DNA from: Caecitellus pseudoparvulus
Taxonomy: Eukaryota > Protista > Bigyra: Bicosoecida
DNA: 64,000 nt
NCBI GenBank assembly: GCA_965644315.1
Contig: CBFFRQ010000037.1
Span: 1-64,000 of the forward strand
Reading direction: 5' to 3'
Shown here: positions 36,301 to 47,995 of the stretch, in pieces
How positions within the stretch are numbered: the stretch's first letter is position 1
Layout of the letters: the number at the start of each line of letters is the position of its first letter
Notes under the pieces: generated by a model
What the model was told of the DNA's origin: nothing
The model's database searches: none
Seen by the model: only the letters and a program-made list of their open reading frames with translations
Position numbers and translations under genes: made by a program

Positions 36301-39300
36301 GCCAGCTGACCCAGCTCCTCCGCCCATGTGCCCGCCGCCGCCCTGCCCTCCGCTGGTGCGCACGCGGAACTCCGTGCAACCTGGCACGCCAGCTCGGTTT
36401 CGCCCACCGCCCACCCCCCATGGACACTTATCAACCGTACGTTGGTCAGTGCCACGATAAATCCCACCCGCGCCGAAGCCAGCGTCTTGCAGGGAACCTG
36501 CGAGGTTCGACGTGGCCAGCGTGCCTCCCTGTCCTCCATGCGCCACCAAGAAGTGCGACCCCGACTTGGACTGCAGGCCTGCTTCTCCGTCCCCTCCGTC
36601 GTGAGCACCGCCTGCTCCTCCCTTGCCTGTTCCACCACCTCCACCTCCACCTGCCACGAGCAGCTCAGACGTGTACGAAACGGCAACGTCAGAGCGCAGT
36701 CTACGGCCGTCCAGGACGCCAGAGCGCTGTCCGCCCAAGCCAGATCCCTGCAGGTTGGTGTACGTGAACGCGCTGGATGTCTCCACCGCGAGAACGGCCT
36801 CGTTGGCATGATTCCATCCCATGCGGTGCCCACCCACTTCCACGACGAACTCATCCCCGCCTTTAACAGCAATGTAGCCAGAAGCGTATGCACCTGCTCC
36901 GCCGGGCTGGGTGTGGATGAGGTGTGATCCACCTCCAGCACCTCGCGCCTTGATGAGGATAAAGTGCACCCCAGCAGGCACTGTGAAAACACAGGTGCTG
37001 GAAGGGGCGTGGAAGTTGTGCAAGGCTGGGTTGGTGCCGACCGTTTGGGCCGTTTGCAAGTCACAGGGCGGGATATACTCGCAGATGAATGCCCGCCCAG
37101 TGTTCGCGTTGGACGTGGTGCGCAGAAACAGCCCAGCTGCATCCATGTATGCGTACCGCCCGCCGCCAAAGCCGGCCAGCGGCACTCCAGTAGTGGAGTC
37201 CACTGCCCACAAGCTGCCCTCTCCATACCGCCCTCCATCGCTCGCCAGAGCGGCCGTGTTCGCCCACAGTCCAGCTGCATCTGCCCCGTCTTCCCACTCG
37301 AACTCCCCACTGCGCAGGTTGGCACGCACTCCCACCCACGCCCCGCTTCCGATGCCGCTGACGCCAAAGACGTGGTGTGCCAGGGTCAGCTCCACTGGGT
37401 CGTGGGCGCTCCACAGCTGGGCGCGGGGGTGCACAGCCTTGCAGGCAGAGCGGGAAGCGGAGAGGGAAGATGGCCCTGTCACAAGCTGCAGGCACGTGCC
37501 CGTGATGGGGGAGCGATACCAGCCTGATGGGCAGGTGCCCAGCATCTCGCAAGCGGTGAAGGCCGGCGTGCTGCACGAGAGCCTTGACAGGGAGTTGGAA
37601 GTGTGGTCCGATGTCCCGATGCAGCCGTCCCCGCTGCCTGAGATGTCCCCCAAGCCGAGGGAGTTGGAGTTGGACACACCCACGGAGAATGCTGCCACGG
37701 CACCTGCTCCATCTCGCCAGTGCAACGTGCCACTGCTGATGTATCCACCCGTCCACACAGGGCCACCCAGCCCCAGGACGTGGTCCACGTGAGCGTTCCA
37801 CCACCTGCTCTCCAGATCGCTCCACACACGAGCAGGTGCTGCTTGGCGTGTGCTGCCAGCCGGCACGGCATTCGCACAAGCGGCATCGATGTCTGCATGG
37901 TTGGCGACGGTGGTCGTGATCACCTTGATGCACTGCCCTGTGATGGGGCTGACCGTGTCACCGTCTGGGCAGTGCGGCGGCGGAGCAACACAGGCGAAGC
38001 CGCCATCTGCGAAGAGCCCCTTCTCTGTGCAGTCCACCGAGTACAGCTTGCCGTTCTGGTACTTGGCACAGCTGCCGATGCCGAGGTCTGGATGCGATGG
38101 CGCCCAAAGTACAGCTGGCACAGGCGTCCCAGCATCATCTAGCCACTCCCAACGAGTGCTCTGCACGTTGTACGCAGCCCCCACAGCAACACCTTGCCCA
38201 GCGCGAGGCGCCCCTGGCTTGAAGTCCTGCAGCACCACATGCTCCAGCCACGGCCAGCCCACTGTGCCGCCCCTCCAGTCAGCTGTGGGGTGAGCCAGCT
38301 CCCCGCCGTCGCCCTGGCACTGGGAACGCAAGGATGCCCAGGAATCCAGGGACTTGGCGGGCGACAGGACATCCAGGTGAATCCAGCACGTCAGCGTTGT
38401 GCCGTGAGGAGTCCAACGAGCGGGGCAACCGATGGGGCGATAGGCACAGGCTGTTGCAGTACCAGGGGTGCTGCAGTAGGCAGAGTGCAGGTCGGATGAT
38501 GGCTCCGTGCGGAGGCAAGGATGGCCTGCGAGCGGTCCATACGTCCACTTGCCACTCCCTGCATCCAGCATGTCGTCCACATCGCCAGTTGCAGAGCCAG
38601 AGACCCACACCTGCTTGTTGCCCTGGGTCACATCCTGCTCAGCATTGAGCCAGAAGTGCCACTGATTGTACGGAGCCGGCATGCGGGGCTGCAGGAACTG
38701 CGTTTTGAACCACTGCAGCTCAGCGTACGAGTTGGGAGCAAAGAGGGTGGCGCCGGGGTAGTGCTGGGCGCACTCCCGGGCCGACTCGTCTTTGGACTTG
38801 AACTCGATCTTGTGCCCGATGTGGAAGCATGCGCCAGAGTAGGGGGATTGGGCCTTGAACCCTGGCGGGCAGTGGGCCGCACCGTGGGCGTCCTGGGCCG
38901 GCTGGGTGAAGGGCCGGGGAGTGACGGTCGGCGTCGGCGTGCGCGAGGGAGACGGGGTACGTGAAGGGGATGGGGTTCGAGATGGAGTTGGTGACGCGGT
39001 GGTGTACGGCTTCATGCAGATGCCGTCGTGTGGTTCGGCGCAGTTTCTATCGGTCAAGACATAGTATCCGTTGTCGTGGAGCACCATTCCGCACTCTTGC
39101 GGCCCTGGCGGAGCATCGAAGCGATTGTTGTTTGGCATCCAATTGCCATCACCACCACAAGCCAAGTCCCCGTTGTACGGCGAGCAATCACTGAAGTAAT
39201 CGTTGCAGGCAAGGGTGATTGGCACGTGTGTTTGTCAGCAGTGGCAGGGTGGACTTACTAGCTGTATGAGCTCCCGGTGTTGGTGACCTTGAACCAGATC

Positions 39301-39679
39301 CAAGACTCATCAGTTTCATCCAAGTTCAGTGCACTTGCGACCGCAGTCAAGTCTGTGCATGGCATTGGAAGTCAGGGTGGTGAGGCCAGGTTGCGGTTCG
39401 TGCCACGATTGCGTACACACCAGAGTGAGAGTGGAACGCTGCCAGCTCTCCGCCAATGCCTTGGCAGTAGGATTGTGTGGAGTCACGAGAAATAAGGTCA
39501 GTGTGCCTGTGAAAGCACCAGTGCCTCCCATATGTTGGGAGGTAAACTGGGGTAAATGGTGAAGGGCAATGTTGAGCCCAGGCGAGCGATGGCAGAAGCA
39601 CCACAACCAGCACGCAGAGCAGTGGCACCGTTTGCGGAAGTGCCAATGGCTTGCTATCATGGAAATCTTCGATGGGCAT
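24364..39679 (-). CDS. Giant (~5,060 aa) secreted mosaic protein: about 8 C-type lectin-like domains, 2 Gly-rich domains, Cys-rich repeats, >12 FN3/Ig-like repeats; 3 exons
   Basis: Exons 39679-39421 (an alternative ATG at 39901 adds 74 aa), 39352-39259 and 39190-24364, with two phase-matched 68-nt GT-AG introns. Signal peptide VPLLCVLVVVLLPSLAWA|QHC. Repeated CP.G....C...A...C.....LA...W.G...C.....(F/A).C(E/V) lectin pattern; GAGGG/GGGGGG blocks; C.D...C...D.C..G.C.G repeats; recurring D.(T/S)PP..G.V.D / W..F.D.ES / A.N.AGL...S.G repeats. Confidence 0.88.
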
Positions 39680-41092
39680 GTAAGCCTGGCGGCACACAAG
39701 TTCGCTATCGCTGATGCAGCGGCAGTGCCGAGCGTCGGTGCGTTGGTGTCGAGGCTGCGCCATCGGCTCGGTGTTGGCGAGCTCGGCACGCTGTCGGTGC
39801 TTCCCGCACCCTCGCGGGGCTGAAAGCGGCTTCATGGGGCGCTCCTCATGCTCTCCTTTACCCTCCTCGAGCTCGAACATGCCTGACTGCGTGCCAGCCA
39901 TGCTGCGAGGCGAGGGCAGGCGGAGTGCTAGGTGTGTTTTCCGCACTCAGGCAGCCTGGCTCGCTGCGCCGAGCGCAGAAAAGCGGAGCAAGGTTCTGAG
40001 GTGCACGCAAGGCGCAAGAGAGAGGAATGACTGACTGTCACATATTGCCAGGCTGGATTTGATTTTGGGCTTCGGTGAAGAATATGGCGGCAAGGCGGGA
40101 GTGTCACGTTCGCGTCCCATCACCATTACCGGCGGCATGTCACGCAGCATGCCGGAAAGCGAGAAGATCCAAGTTTATGGCAGCTCTACTCTTGATACAC
40201 AAACAGTTTGTGCACAACAGGGATTGCTTCGCTAGTTCAGCGCTCCTGTGAGGGTCGTGTAAGCCTGAGGCGTGTGCAGGCTGTCGGGTGCGACATGGCT
40301 CTTGGTATCGGTACAGAACTGCCCTCTCCCCTGAGTTCTGGATTAAATCTGACCCAAGCTTTCGTACATGGCAACATGGCCCTTTCTATGCTGCTGCCTT
40401 CATGCAATTCGGCGACCCGTTGCGGGACGTCATGCAAGAATTTCGGCTGCATGAGCGCCGCAATCGCTCTCAAGCGCATGCACGCCAACTCTGGGGCAGG
40501 TAGTGCGAGGGCGGAAAGAAGTGCCCGCAACAACCCAGCTCAACTTGTGAGTGCCTTTAGGAAACTCCAAGCCATGTCAGTGCAAGCTAGGACCTCATGA
40601 GGAATGGAAATGAAGGGCAGGTTTGTGTGCGGAATTTGGAGCGGCATGCAGCACAGAATACCTGGAGTTTGCAGCGATCCTGTCTTAGACTGCCACATTT
40701 TACCGCGTCAATGCAACCATTCACCCACGGTTTGAACCCCGCCTTGCTGTGTGGCGCAGGGTGGCGTTTGCTATGCGGCGTTCAGGTGCGCATGATCAGC
40801 TCGGGCTTCTTAGCAGCTGCCGCTGGCCGAACTTGCTCAACGGCTGCGAATCGTTGTGGCTTTCGGGTTGAGATGCAAGGCGCGCCTCGCCAGCAGTGCC
40901 ATGGTCTAGTGCTTCGTATCGATAAATGTTCCCGCTCGCGCCTCCGTCACGAGTCAGTGTCCCTTCGCCCAAAGCACCCCCTGGCATCGCTCGGGGTCGC
41001 TTCTCAGGACTGCGTGAAGTTCGCACGAGCAAATGACTTGAACAGGGGCCTGGCTGTACCTGACACTTACTCTTGAAGTGACTGTACCGGCG

Positions 41093-42268
41093 CTACTTGC
41101 CCAGCAGCCACGTCATGCCTGCCGCTTGCTTCCACTGCGTGCCGTGCCAGACAGAGCGACGCATGCCGTGTGAGCGAGGCAGCGTGTGCACTTGCACAGG
41201 TGGCGTGCAAGCCAAGGTGCTCGTGTGGGGCGGGCGCTGCGCTTCATCTTGTACAGCCCAGGGAGCCACATGCAGCACGAGGTGTGCTGTGGCCGACACC
41301 CCTGACTGGCGGACGGGGTGCAGAGACACGGCCGGGGCGGTGGGGTTGCTGCTGAAGCCGAAGTGCTGCGTACCGACAGGTGCTGCCGAGCCAGCCTCTG
41401 CATCAGGCGAGTGGTACAGGCTGGTCATGCTCAGGCGCTGTAGCTGCAGCTGAAGTGTGCGGTCCGCCTCAGCAGGTTGCGTGAGGGGGATGTCACAGAT
41501 GTAGGGAACTGTGGCGCCGCCAGAGGTGAGAGTCACGAGGGTGGTGCTTTCTGCGTCTACCACAGTGGCGCTGCTGTCGTCTGCGGTGACAATGCTCCAT
41601 CCACACTCCGCTGCAGCCTTGATGGCGTGCTCGGCTTGAGGCACAGCGATGCCTGGGGCCAAGACAGTGCCGGAGCCGGCAAGCTGAGGCGGCGCCTGCA
41701 CCGCTGCCACCCATGCAGATGCAGTGTGCAGTGGTGCAGCAGGGTCGCCCCCTTCACCACCCTGCTCTGGCGTTTCGCTGTCCAGGGTGGCCGCGGCAGA
41801 GTACGACAGGCCAGGCGTGCCGGCCACTGGCGTGTCAACCGGCACGGCAGCTGGCAATTCAGGCAAGCCATGGGGGAGGCTCCGCATGCCCAGGTTCAGG
41901 TACAGCTGCATGAGAGCGGCTGGGTCTGGCACTGCCGCCACGACGCCTCGCAGCAGTCCCACATGGCTTTGCACCGATTCCTGCGGAGCCCTGCGATGTG
42001 ATCGGACGGGGCGCAAGTGGCGGCTGCCGAGCCAGAACTGAAAAGAGGCAGCATATGTTGTACACGCACAGCCAGAAATGTCTGCTTCCGAGGGCACAGT
42101 GGCCCGTTGCACTTCGGTGCAGCACACGCAGCATTGCGGAAATTGAGCCTGGATGAAAGGGAACGGTTGCCTCCAGAACGTTGTGTGGAACGCGCAGCAC
42201 TGTCTAAGCACAGGTTGGGAACTGACACTGAGACGGTGGATGATTTTTGGCGACATGCTTACCTGCAT
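41093..42268 (-). CDS. Hypothetical protein, possibly a divergent two-domain VOC/glyoxalase-like (GLOD4-like) fold; 5' exon structure uncertain
   Basis: Two related segments, LLRGVVAAVPDPAALMQLYLNLGMRSL and YICDIPLTQPAEADRTLQLQLQRLSMTSL, resemble the LHVVLRV.DLD.SI.FY...LGM.LL glyoxalase repeat. TVVDAES and FGFSSNPTAPAVSL fall in the expected positions. Splice signals (atgcag|gtaagc; tttcag|) occur in the upstream part. Confidence 0.4.
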   Translation of the reverse strand: MQVSMSPKIIHRLSVSSQPVLRQCCAFHTTFWRQPFPFIQAQFPQCCVCCTEVQRATVPSEADISGCACTTYAASFQFWLGSRHLRPVRSHRRAPQESVQSHVGLLRGVVAAVPDPAALMQLYLNLGMRSLPHGLPELPAAVPVDTPVAGTPGLSYSAAATLDSETPEQGGEGGDPAAPLHTASAWVAAVQAPPQLAGSGTVLAPGIAVPQAEHAIKAAAECGWSIVTADDSSATVVDAESTTLVTLTSGGATVPYICDIPLTQPAEADRTLQLQLQRLSMTSLYHSPDAEAGSAAPVGTQHFGFSSNPTAPAVSLHPVRQSGVSATAHLVLHVAPWAVQDEAQRPPHTSTLACTPPVQVHTLPRSHGMRRSVWHGTQWKQAAGMTWLLGK

Positions 42269-42503
42269 GAAACCCTGCTAGGACCTTTGCCCGGGTGTAG
42301 TGCCACAGCAGCTTTTTACCCCTGCACGAGCAAGCTGCCCAAGGAGCCACATTTAGGAGCATCAACAGACGTACATCCTCATCTCGTTAACGTACACATA
42401 CGTTGTGGTACCAGCCGCTTGATCTGCGCTGCGTAGAGCTCCAACTTGGAGTGGGCTTGGTCTGTGTTTCGTCTGGGTTGGTTCAATTTCCGCTGCCTGC
42501 CTC

Positions 42504-43352
42504 ATGTCGGGCGTGAACTGGGGTCGCCTGGCCATCGTGGGCGCACCCGTGTACATCGCCGCCACGGTAGGCACATACATGTTCATGAAGGCTGACTCGC
42601 CGGCGCCTGAAGGTGGGCCCGCCTTGCCGGACGACCCCTTCGTCACTCCTGGCGCTGCGACGTCCCACGAGGTGTACGACGCGACGGCTGCGACATATGA
42701 CGCAAGCATTGGCACTGATGAGCTGGCCATGGGGTTGCCACTGCTGCGGCGCTGGCTGTTGACCCGTGCGCGGGGGCGGGTGCTGGAGGTGGCGGCGGGG
42801 ACTGGGCGTAACGTGCCGTATTACGCTGTGCCAGCCGTCACCCACGTGCAACTTGCCGATCGCAGCCCCGCCATGCTGCAGGTGAGTCGGGGCAAGGCAG
42901 CTGGGCGGTGGGGCAGTGCTGCGTTCGGGGAAGGGTCAGGGGCGCCGCTGACCTGGGGCTTGACCCGTGCAGCCAGCGAGTCACTGCCCTTCCCCGACGC
43001 ATTTTTTGACACATGTGTGTCTACCTTCAGCCTGTGCTCTGTGGATGACCCAGCCGCCGCTGTGCGTGAGATGGCACGGGTGACGGCGCCAGGCGGGCGC
43101 CTGCTGTTTCTGGAGCACGGGCGCAGTGCTTCCTGGCCGTGGATGAACTCGTGGCTGGATGCATCGGCACCTGCTCATGCGCAGAAGTGGGGGTGTTGGT
43201 GGAACCGTGACCTGCTTGGCGTGGTGGGCGAGGCGGAAGCTGCAGGCGTGGTGCGTGTGACGAAACGCTGGACAACTCACTTTGGCACGACAGTGTGGGT
43301 GGAGGCCGAACCAGCCGACAGAGCCAGTGAGGGCCATGAACCAGCACGGTAG
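42504..43352 (+). CDS. SAM-dependent methyltransferase, OMS1/METTL7-like, N-terminal membrane anchor
   Basis: Motifs: YDATAATYDASIGTDELAMG, VLEVAAGTGRN (motif I), SLPFPDAFFDTCVSTFSLCSVDDP, PGGRLLFLEHG, WGCWWNRD. Hydrophobic N-terminus. Confidence 0.88.
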   Translation: MSGVNWGRLAIVGAPVYIAATVGTYMFMKADSPAPEGGPALPDDPFVTPGAATSHEVYDATAATYDASIGTDELAMGLPLLRRWLLTRARGRVLEVAAGTGRNVPYYAVPAVTHVQLADRSPAMLQVSRGKAAGRWGSAAFGEGSGAPLTWGLTRAASESLPFPDAFFDTCVSTFSLCSVDDPAAAVREMARVTAPGGRLLFLEHGRSASWPWMNSWLDASAPAHAQKWGCWWNRDLLGVVGEAEAAGVVRVTKRWTTHFGTTVWVEAEPADRASEGHEPAR

Positions 43353-44105
43353 GCGTTGATGAGGAGAGGGAGCAGTCGATGCTGCGTTGGGTGTGAGCGG
43401 GGTGTGGCTGTCAGTCACTGCTGACGTCGTCACACGGCGAGGCGCCCTGCTCTGTTTGGTGGAGCGTGGAGAGACCTGTGGAGAAATGCGGGTGTGTGTG
43501 CCCAGTCAGATGCAGCTGGTGTGATTGGTGTCACACAACGGCGCTGAGCGCACGATCGCAGAGCTACCACTCGGCTGCGTGCCGGGCAAGGTCTCGCATC
43601 AGGCCAGGCTTGCTGGTGAGGTACTTGCAGTCTGGCTTACCAGGGCGAAACAGCACACATCCTGGCAGCTAGAAGGGCTGCAGAGCGGGTTTGTTTCGCT
43701 GCTGCTGCGCCAATGAAAGTCACCACTGCAGCATCGACTGTGGATGTCGCGCCAGACCCATGCCACGTGCCCTGCTGCCAGCGCTCCCACCTGGGCCTGC
43801 ATTTTATAATACACATCAAGCACGCCATGGCAGGGATGGCTCTCGTGCAGCGTGGCTGGACGCTGTAACGCCCGACACGCCTCGCGTTTGAAAGCACGAG
43901 GGAGCAGGAGCTTTTTGGGCTTTGAACGGCGTGGCTCAGCCGGCGCAGCTCGACTTGCTCTGTGTGCGGCCCAACGGCTGTTTCATCAGAGGCAGCAACT
44001 ACACCCCTTTCTCTCTCGCTCACTGCCCATACGGCCCGCATCGCGACGTCGGACAAGCTCTGCCACACGGTAGTGTTGCGCGAGGTCAAGTTCCGCACTG
44101 CAGAC

Positions 44106-47100
44106 ATGTCAAGCGGCCCTGCACCGGACAGCCGCCGGGGGACAAAGCGGCCTCGGGAGCAGGAAGAGTCTTCCGGTTCGTTGTGGCTTGCCGTGAGCTT
44201 GTGGACGGGCACCGCTGCACTCCCTTGCTTGCCGTCGCCAAGCGCAGGCGAGGTGGCCGTGGAGAGTTTGTGGGAGGTGCCGTCACTGTTTGTCATTCTT
44301 CAGGCGCTGCAAGGGCCACTGAAGCTGCAGCATTTTTCCCTGCACGACTTGGAGGTGAGGATAGCGGGAGGCAGCGCCTCGGGGTGCGCTATGCGCGAAC
44401 GGGGGGCTCCTGCGTGCTTCCTGCGCAGGTGGCGCTGCAAGATGTGCAGCACTCGCAGCTGGCTGGCGAGCTGTTCACGAAGCTTGCCCTGGAGACCGCA
44501 GCCGAGCGGGAGATGCTGAAGAAAGGCGAAGGGTGGCCCTATGAACACTGGAGCGCCTACTGCTCGACTCTTCTGGCTCTGTGGTACGCACGGTGGCGGC
44601 ACCTGCGTGCGGTAATTGACATCAGTGACGGGCGCCGTGCAGCTCCCGAAGTGCCCCGCAGCGGGCGGCAGCGGCGATCAGAGCAGGACAGCGGATCAGA
44701 CTCTGACGGTTCCTCGTCCTCCCCCTCCATGATGGAGCTGCCGGTGCCTGAGGCCACCGCTGAGGCCCGTGCCGAGGAACTGGAGTGGAGCGTGTTGTTG
44801 GCGGCGTTTGGGAAGGCCAACCCCCTCAGTCACGGGGGCGTGGCGGAGCTGCCGCTGCTGGGCCGGGTGCTGCTCCTGCACACGCTGGTGTGCTGGCACA
44901 TTGACGACCCAGAGGATGCGCTGTGCGTTGCGCTGGGGGAGGTGGAGCCAGACCTGCTGCGTTGCGTTGCCACTGCCCGCTGTGGCGCCAGCAGTGACTC
45001 CACCCTGCTCCTCACACCTGGCGGCGAGGCAGCTCTGTACACACAGGAGCTGACTCGCTCTGCTGCCGCTGCAGCAGTGCACGTGGGGCGAGCGCTGGGG
45101 GTGGCCGGGGATGGCAGTGACTCGGAGGTCTCTGACGATGACGCGTTCAACATCGGCAACGCAGTGTGGGGTGGGAAGACCCCCGCCCCTGCCGCTGGTG
45201 GCTTCGCTCGCGTTGCCTCTGGGGCTCAAGAGGTGCTGGCTACGCTGGCTGACTGGAAACGCAAGGCCACGACGCGCGGCATGGCAGCGGAGCTGCGTGG
45301 TGCGTTTCCAACGCAGCAGCTGGAGGAAGCCGCGTCCAAGGCTGCAGCAGCTGCGGCGTCGGCGGCAGCGGCGGCAGCTCGGCGGGGGGGGGGGCGGCGA
45401 CGGGCGTCCAGTCGTATCGCGGCGCAGGGAGGGGGGGTCAGGGGGGGATGGGGGGGGGTCCCTCGGCGGCCGCATCGGTGAGCTGCACGAGCACTTCACC
45501 ACTGCTCACTCCACCCGGCAGGCTCTGCTGGACACCGCCCGTGATGCGTTGGCGTGGGGGCCCCTGCTGCGGCAGTATGCGCCCAAGGCTGCTCCCCCCC
45601 GACACACCCCTTCCCAGTACCAGCAGCGCCAAGCTCAGGCCGATCTAGCTGCCCAGGAGGCTGAGGCTGAACGAGCGGCAGAGGAGGCTGCCCGAGCGGC
45701 AGAGGCTGCGGAGGCGGCTGCCATTCGCCAGGTGCGTTCGCGGAAACGCCACGCCATGCGGGAGCAGGCGGAACAAGCGGAGGAGGTTCGCAGTGTTCTT
45801 GCTGCGTGGAGTGAGGCCGCTGGGCGGGGGCAGGGCGAGTCAGCGCCAGGTGACCTGCCTGCGTCAGTGGTGGCCCTGGCGCAGTGCGTTGCAGACGGCA
45901 TGGCTGATGCGTTGGACTCGGCGAGCCAGGATGCCGCCGCGTGGACCCCTCTCAGACGGCACTTGCAGCACTGTGCAGCGTGGGAGGCGGCTGTGCCGCG
46001 TCTGCAGCGCAAGCTGCGGGCCCAGCGTGATGCGTTACGCAAGGCCGGACACGGAACGTCGTCCAGCCTGGCTGCATGGGTTGACTCGTCTGCTGACGCA
46101 TGCCTTGCTGCGTTGCAGGCGTGTGGAGCCCCTCGCCTGGACACCACGTCGCCCCCGCCCCCCTTCAAGGCGTGTGTGGGGGTGGCGCTGCTGCCTGTGC
46201 CACAGGTCCCGCCGTCACCCGAGGCGGTGGGCGGGTTGGCTGCAGCGGTTGCCGAGGCAGACTGCATCGCGAACACAGCCCTGCAGAACACACTGCTGGC
46301 GGAAGTGCAAGGCGCCGTGTCCACTGCCGTGGTGCGTTGGCGGGGGGATGGCGCCCCAGTTCCGCAGCCTGTGGTGACTCCTGCGGGTGCTGGGGCTGTG
46401 GCACCAGCTCATCTCCGACGCCTGGCGCGTGCTGCGTTGGACCTCAGTAGCGCACGAGCGGCACACAGCAAGACTCTGCCGCCGCCCCCAGCTCACCCCA
46501 AGCTCGCTGAGACTGCAGCACAAGTCATGCGGCCTGTGCGGGTGACGGTGCGTTGTGGGGTCATGGAGAACACACGCGTGTTCCGGCGAGGTGGCGCCGT
46601 CTCGGCTGCCTCGCAGCTGGGCAGGGCTGGGCGAGGGGGGGCTCCTGATGCGTTTTGCAAGGCCCTGGACAAGGCTGTGGAGGACGCAGCGGCGTCAGCA
46701 GGCGTGTTCCTGCGTGCAAGGGGGGGGGTGTTGCAGCACACACCCCCCCCCGCGGCCAGCTGGCCCCATGTGTTCCTGGCGCAGCACATGCTGGCGCAAC
46801 GCATGGCGGCGTCAGCAGCTGCTGCAGCGGCGGCGAAACAGGCGCAGTCCGCAGCCCCCGAGACGGGGGGTGGTGGGGGGGCATCAGGCAGCGTCGCAGC
46901 AGTGGCGGGGGGTGGTGCTGGTGTGGGGTGTGCATCTGTTGTGGCGGTGCCGGAGGAGGAGGGGGGGGGGGCCTCCACACGGGCCGGGGCGACCCCCCCT
47001 CCCAGCAGCCGAGGGGGGGCTGCCTCCACCACCAGCACCATCAGTGGCACATCAGCGCCGCCTCCCTCCACCCTGCCGCTGGGTGACTCAGATGAACACA

Positions 47101-47876
47101 CCACCGTCACCACAGCAGCCCTGCCGCCGCCACCCACCCTACCGCCTGCTGTGAGCGTGCTGTCTGTGGCTGGCAGTGTGGGGGGGGGTGGCACGCCGGG
47201 GGGCGTGAGTCCAGGAGTCACCCTGGCCCGCAGCGTTGCGCCACTGACCTCCCGGGATGGCGACAGTGTGGGGGGGGGCGGCGGCAGTCTGGTCAGCGGA
47301 GGGGGGCGGTCACCCCCCCCCTCCACCCCTGGCCTGCACTCCACCCCAGCCGGCATCGTGCCCAGTGCCGCAGGTCTGCCGAGCAAGGCGCCTCACGTGT
47401 CCGCCCCACAGCAGGCCAGTGCCTATGGTGTGCGTCGCCAGAGCGGCGACAGCGCCGGGGGGGGCGGCAGCGGTGCCCTCCGCACTATGGCGCCACCCCC
47501 CGCCGCACCCTTCCCCACCCCCCCCCTGACAGGCCAGGTGTCTGGCGGGGGGGGTGACGGCGACAGCATCATGGCACAGGGCGAGCCGGCGCTGAGCGTG
47601 GGGCAGCCACGGTGGGTGGAGCCCCGACTAGCGGCGACGCTGGCGGCGGGGCCACCCCCCCTCGCACCCCCCTCACACCCCCAGACATCCCCCACACACC
47701 CCCCCTCGCCGCTGGAGGCCACAGGCACGGTGGGCGGGGGAGGGCGCTCCGAAGCACGGACGTTCACCGCTGTCAGCGAGGGGGGGGATGCCAGCACCAT
47801 CGCACCCCCCCTCACGACGGGCGCACAGAGCTCCACAGGCAGTGCTGACCAGGCCTCTGTCAAAGTGAGACGGTGA
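44106..47876 (+). CDS. DDT + WHIM1 domain protein (ISWI-complex subunit, CECR2/RSF1/Ioc3-like) with long low-complexity C-terminus; apparent frameshift at G-runs ~45383-45460
   Basis: Exon 1 is 44106-44354 and the intron is 44355-44428. Motifs: SLWEVPSLFVILQ...LKLQHFSLHDLEVAL (DDT-like) and NPLSHGGVAELPLLGRVLLLHTLVCW (WHIM1-like). The frame switches to ORF 45111-47876 within poly-G tracts. Confidence 0.6.
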
Positions 47877-47995
47877 GGTACAATGCAACTTGTATCCCCA
47901 CGGCTGCTGCACCCTCGGCGTCGCTGACGGCGCAGTCTGGGTCGTGTCAAGTCGACATCACCGCAGCTGAGGCAGCTTTGCAACCTCACGCAGCC

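Noticed and set aside
40050-41050. Short ORFs of 67-159 aa on both strands
   Set aside because: No recognisable domain, and I could not build a convincing exon chain.
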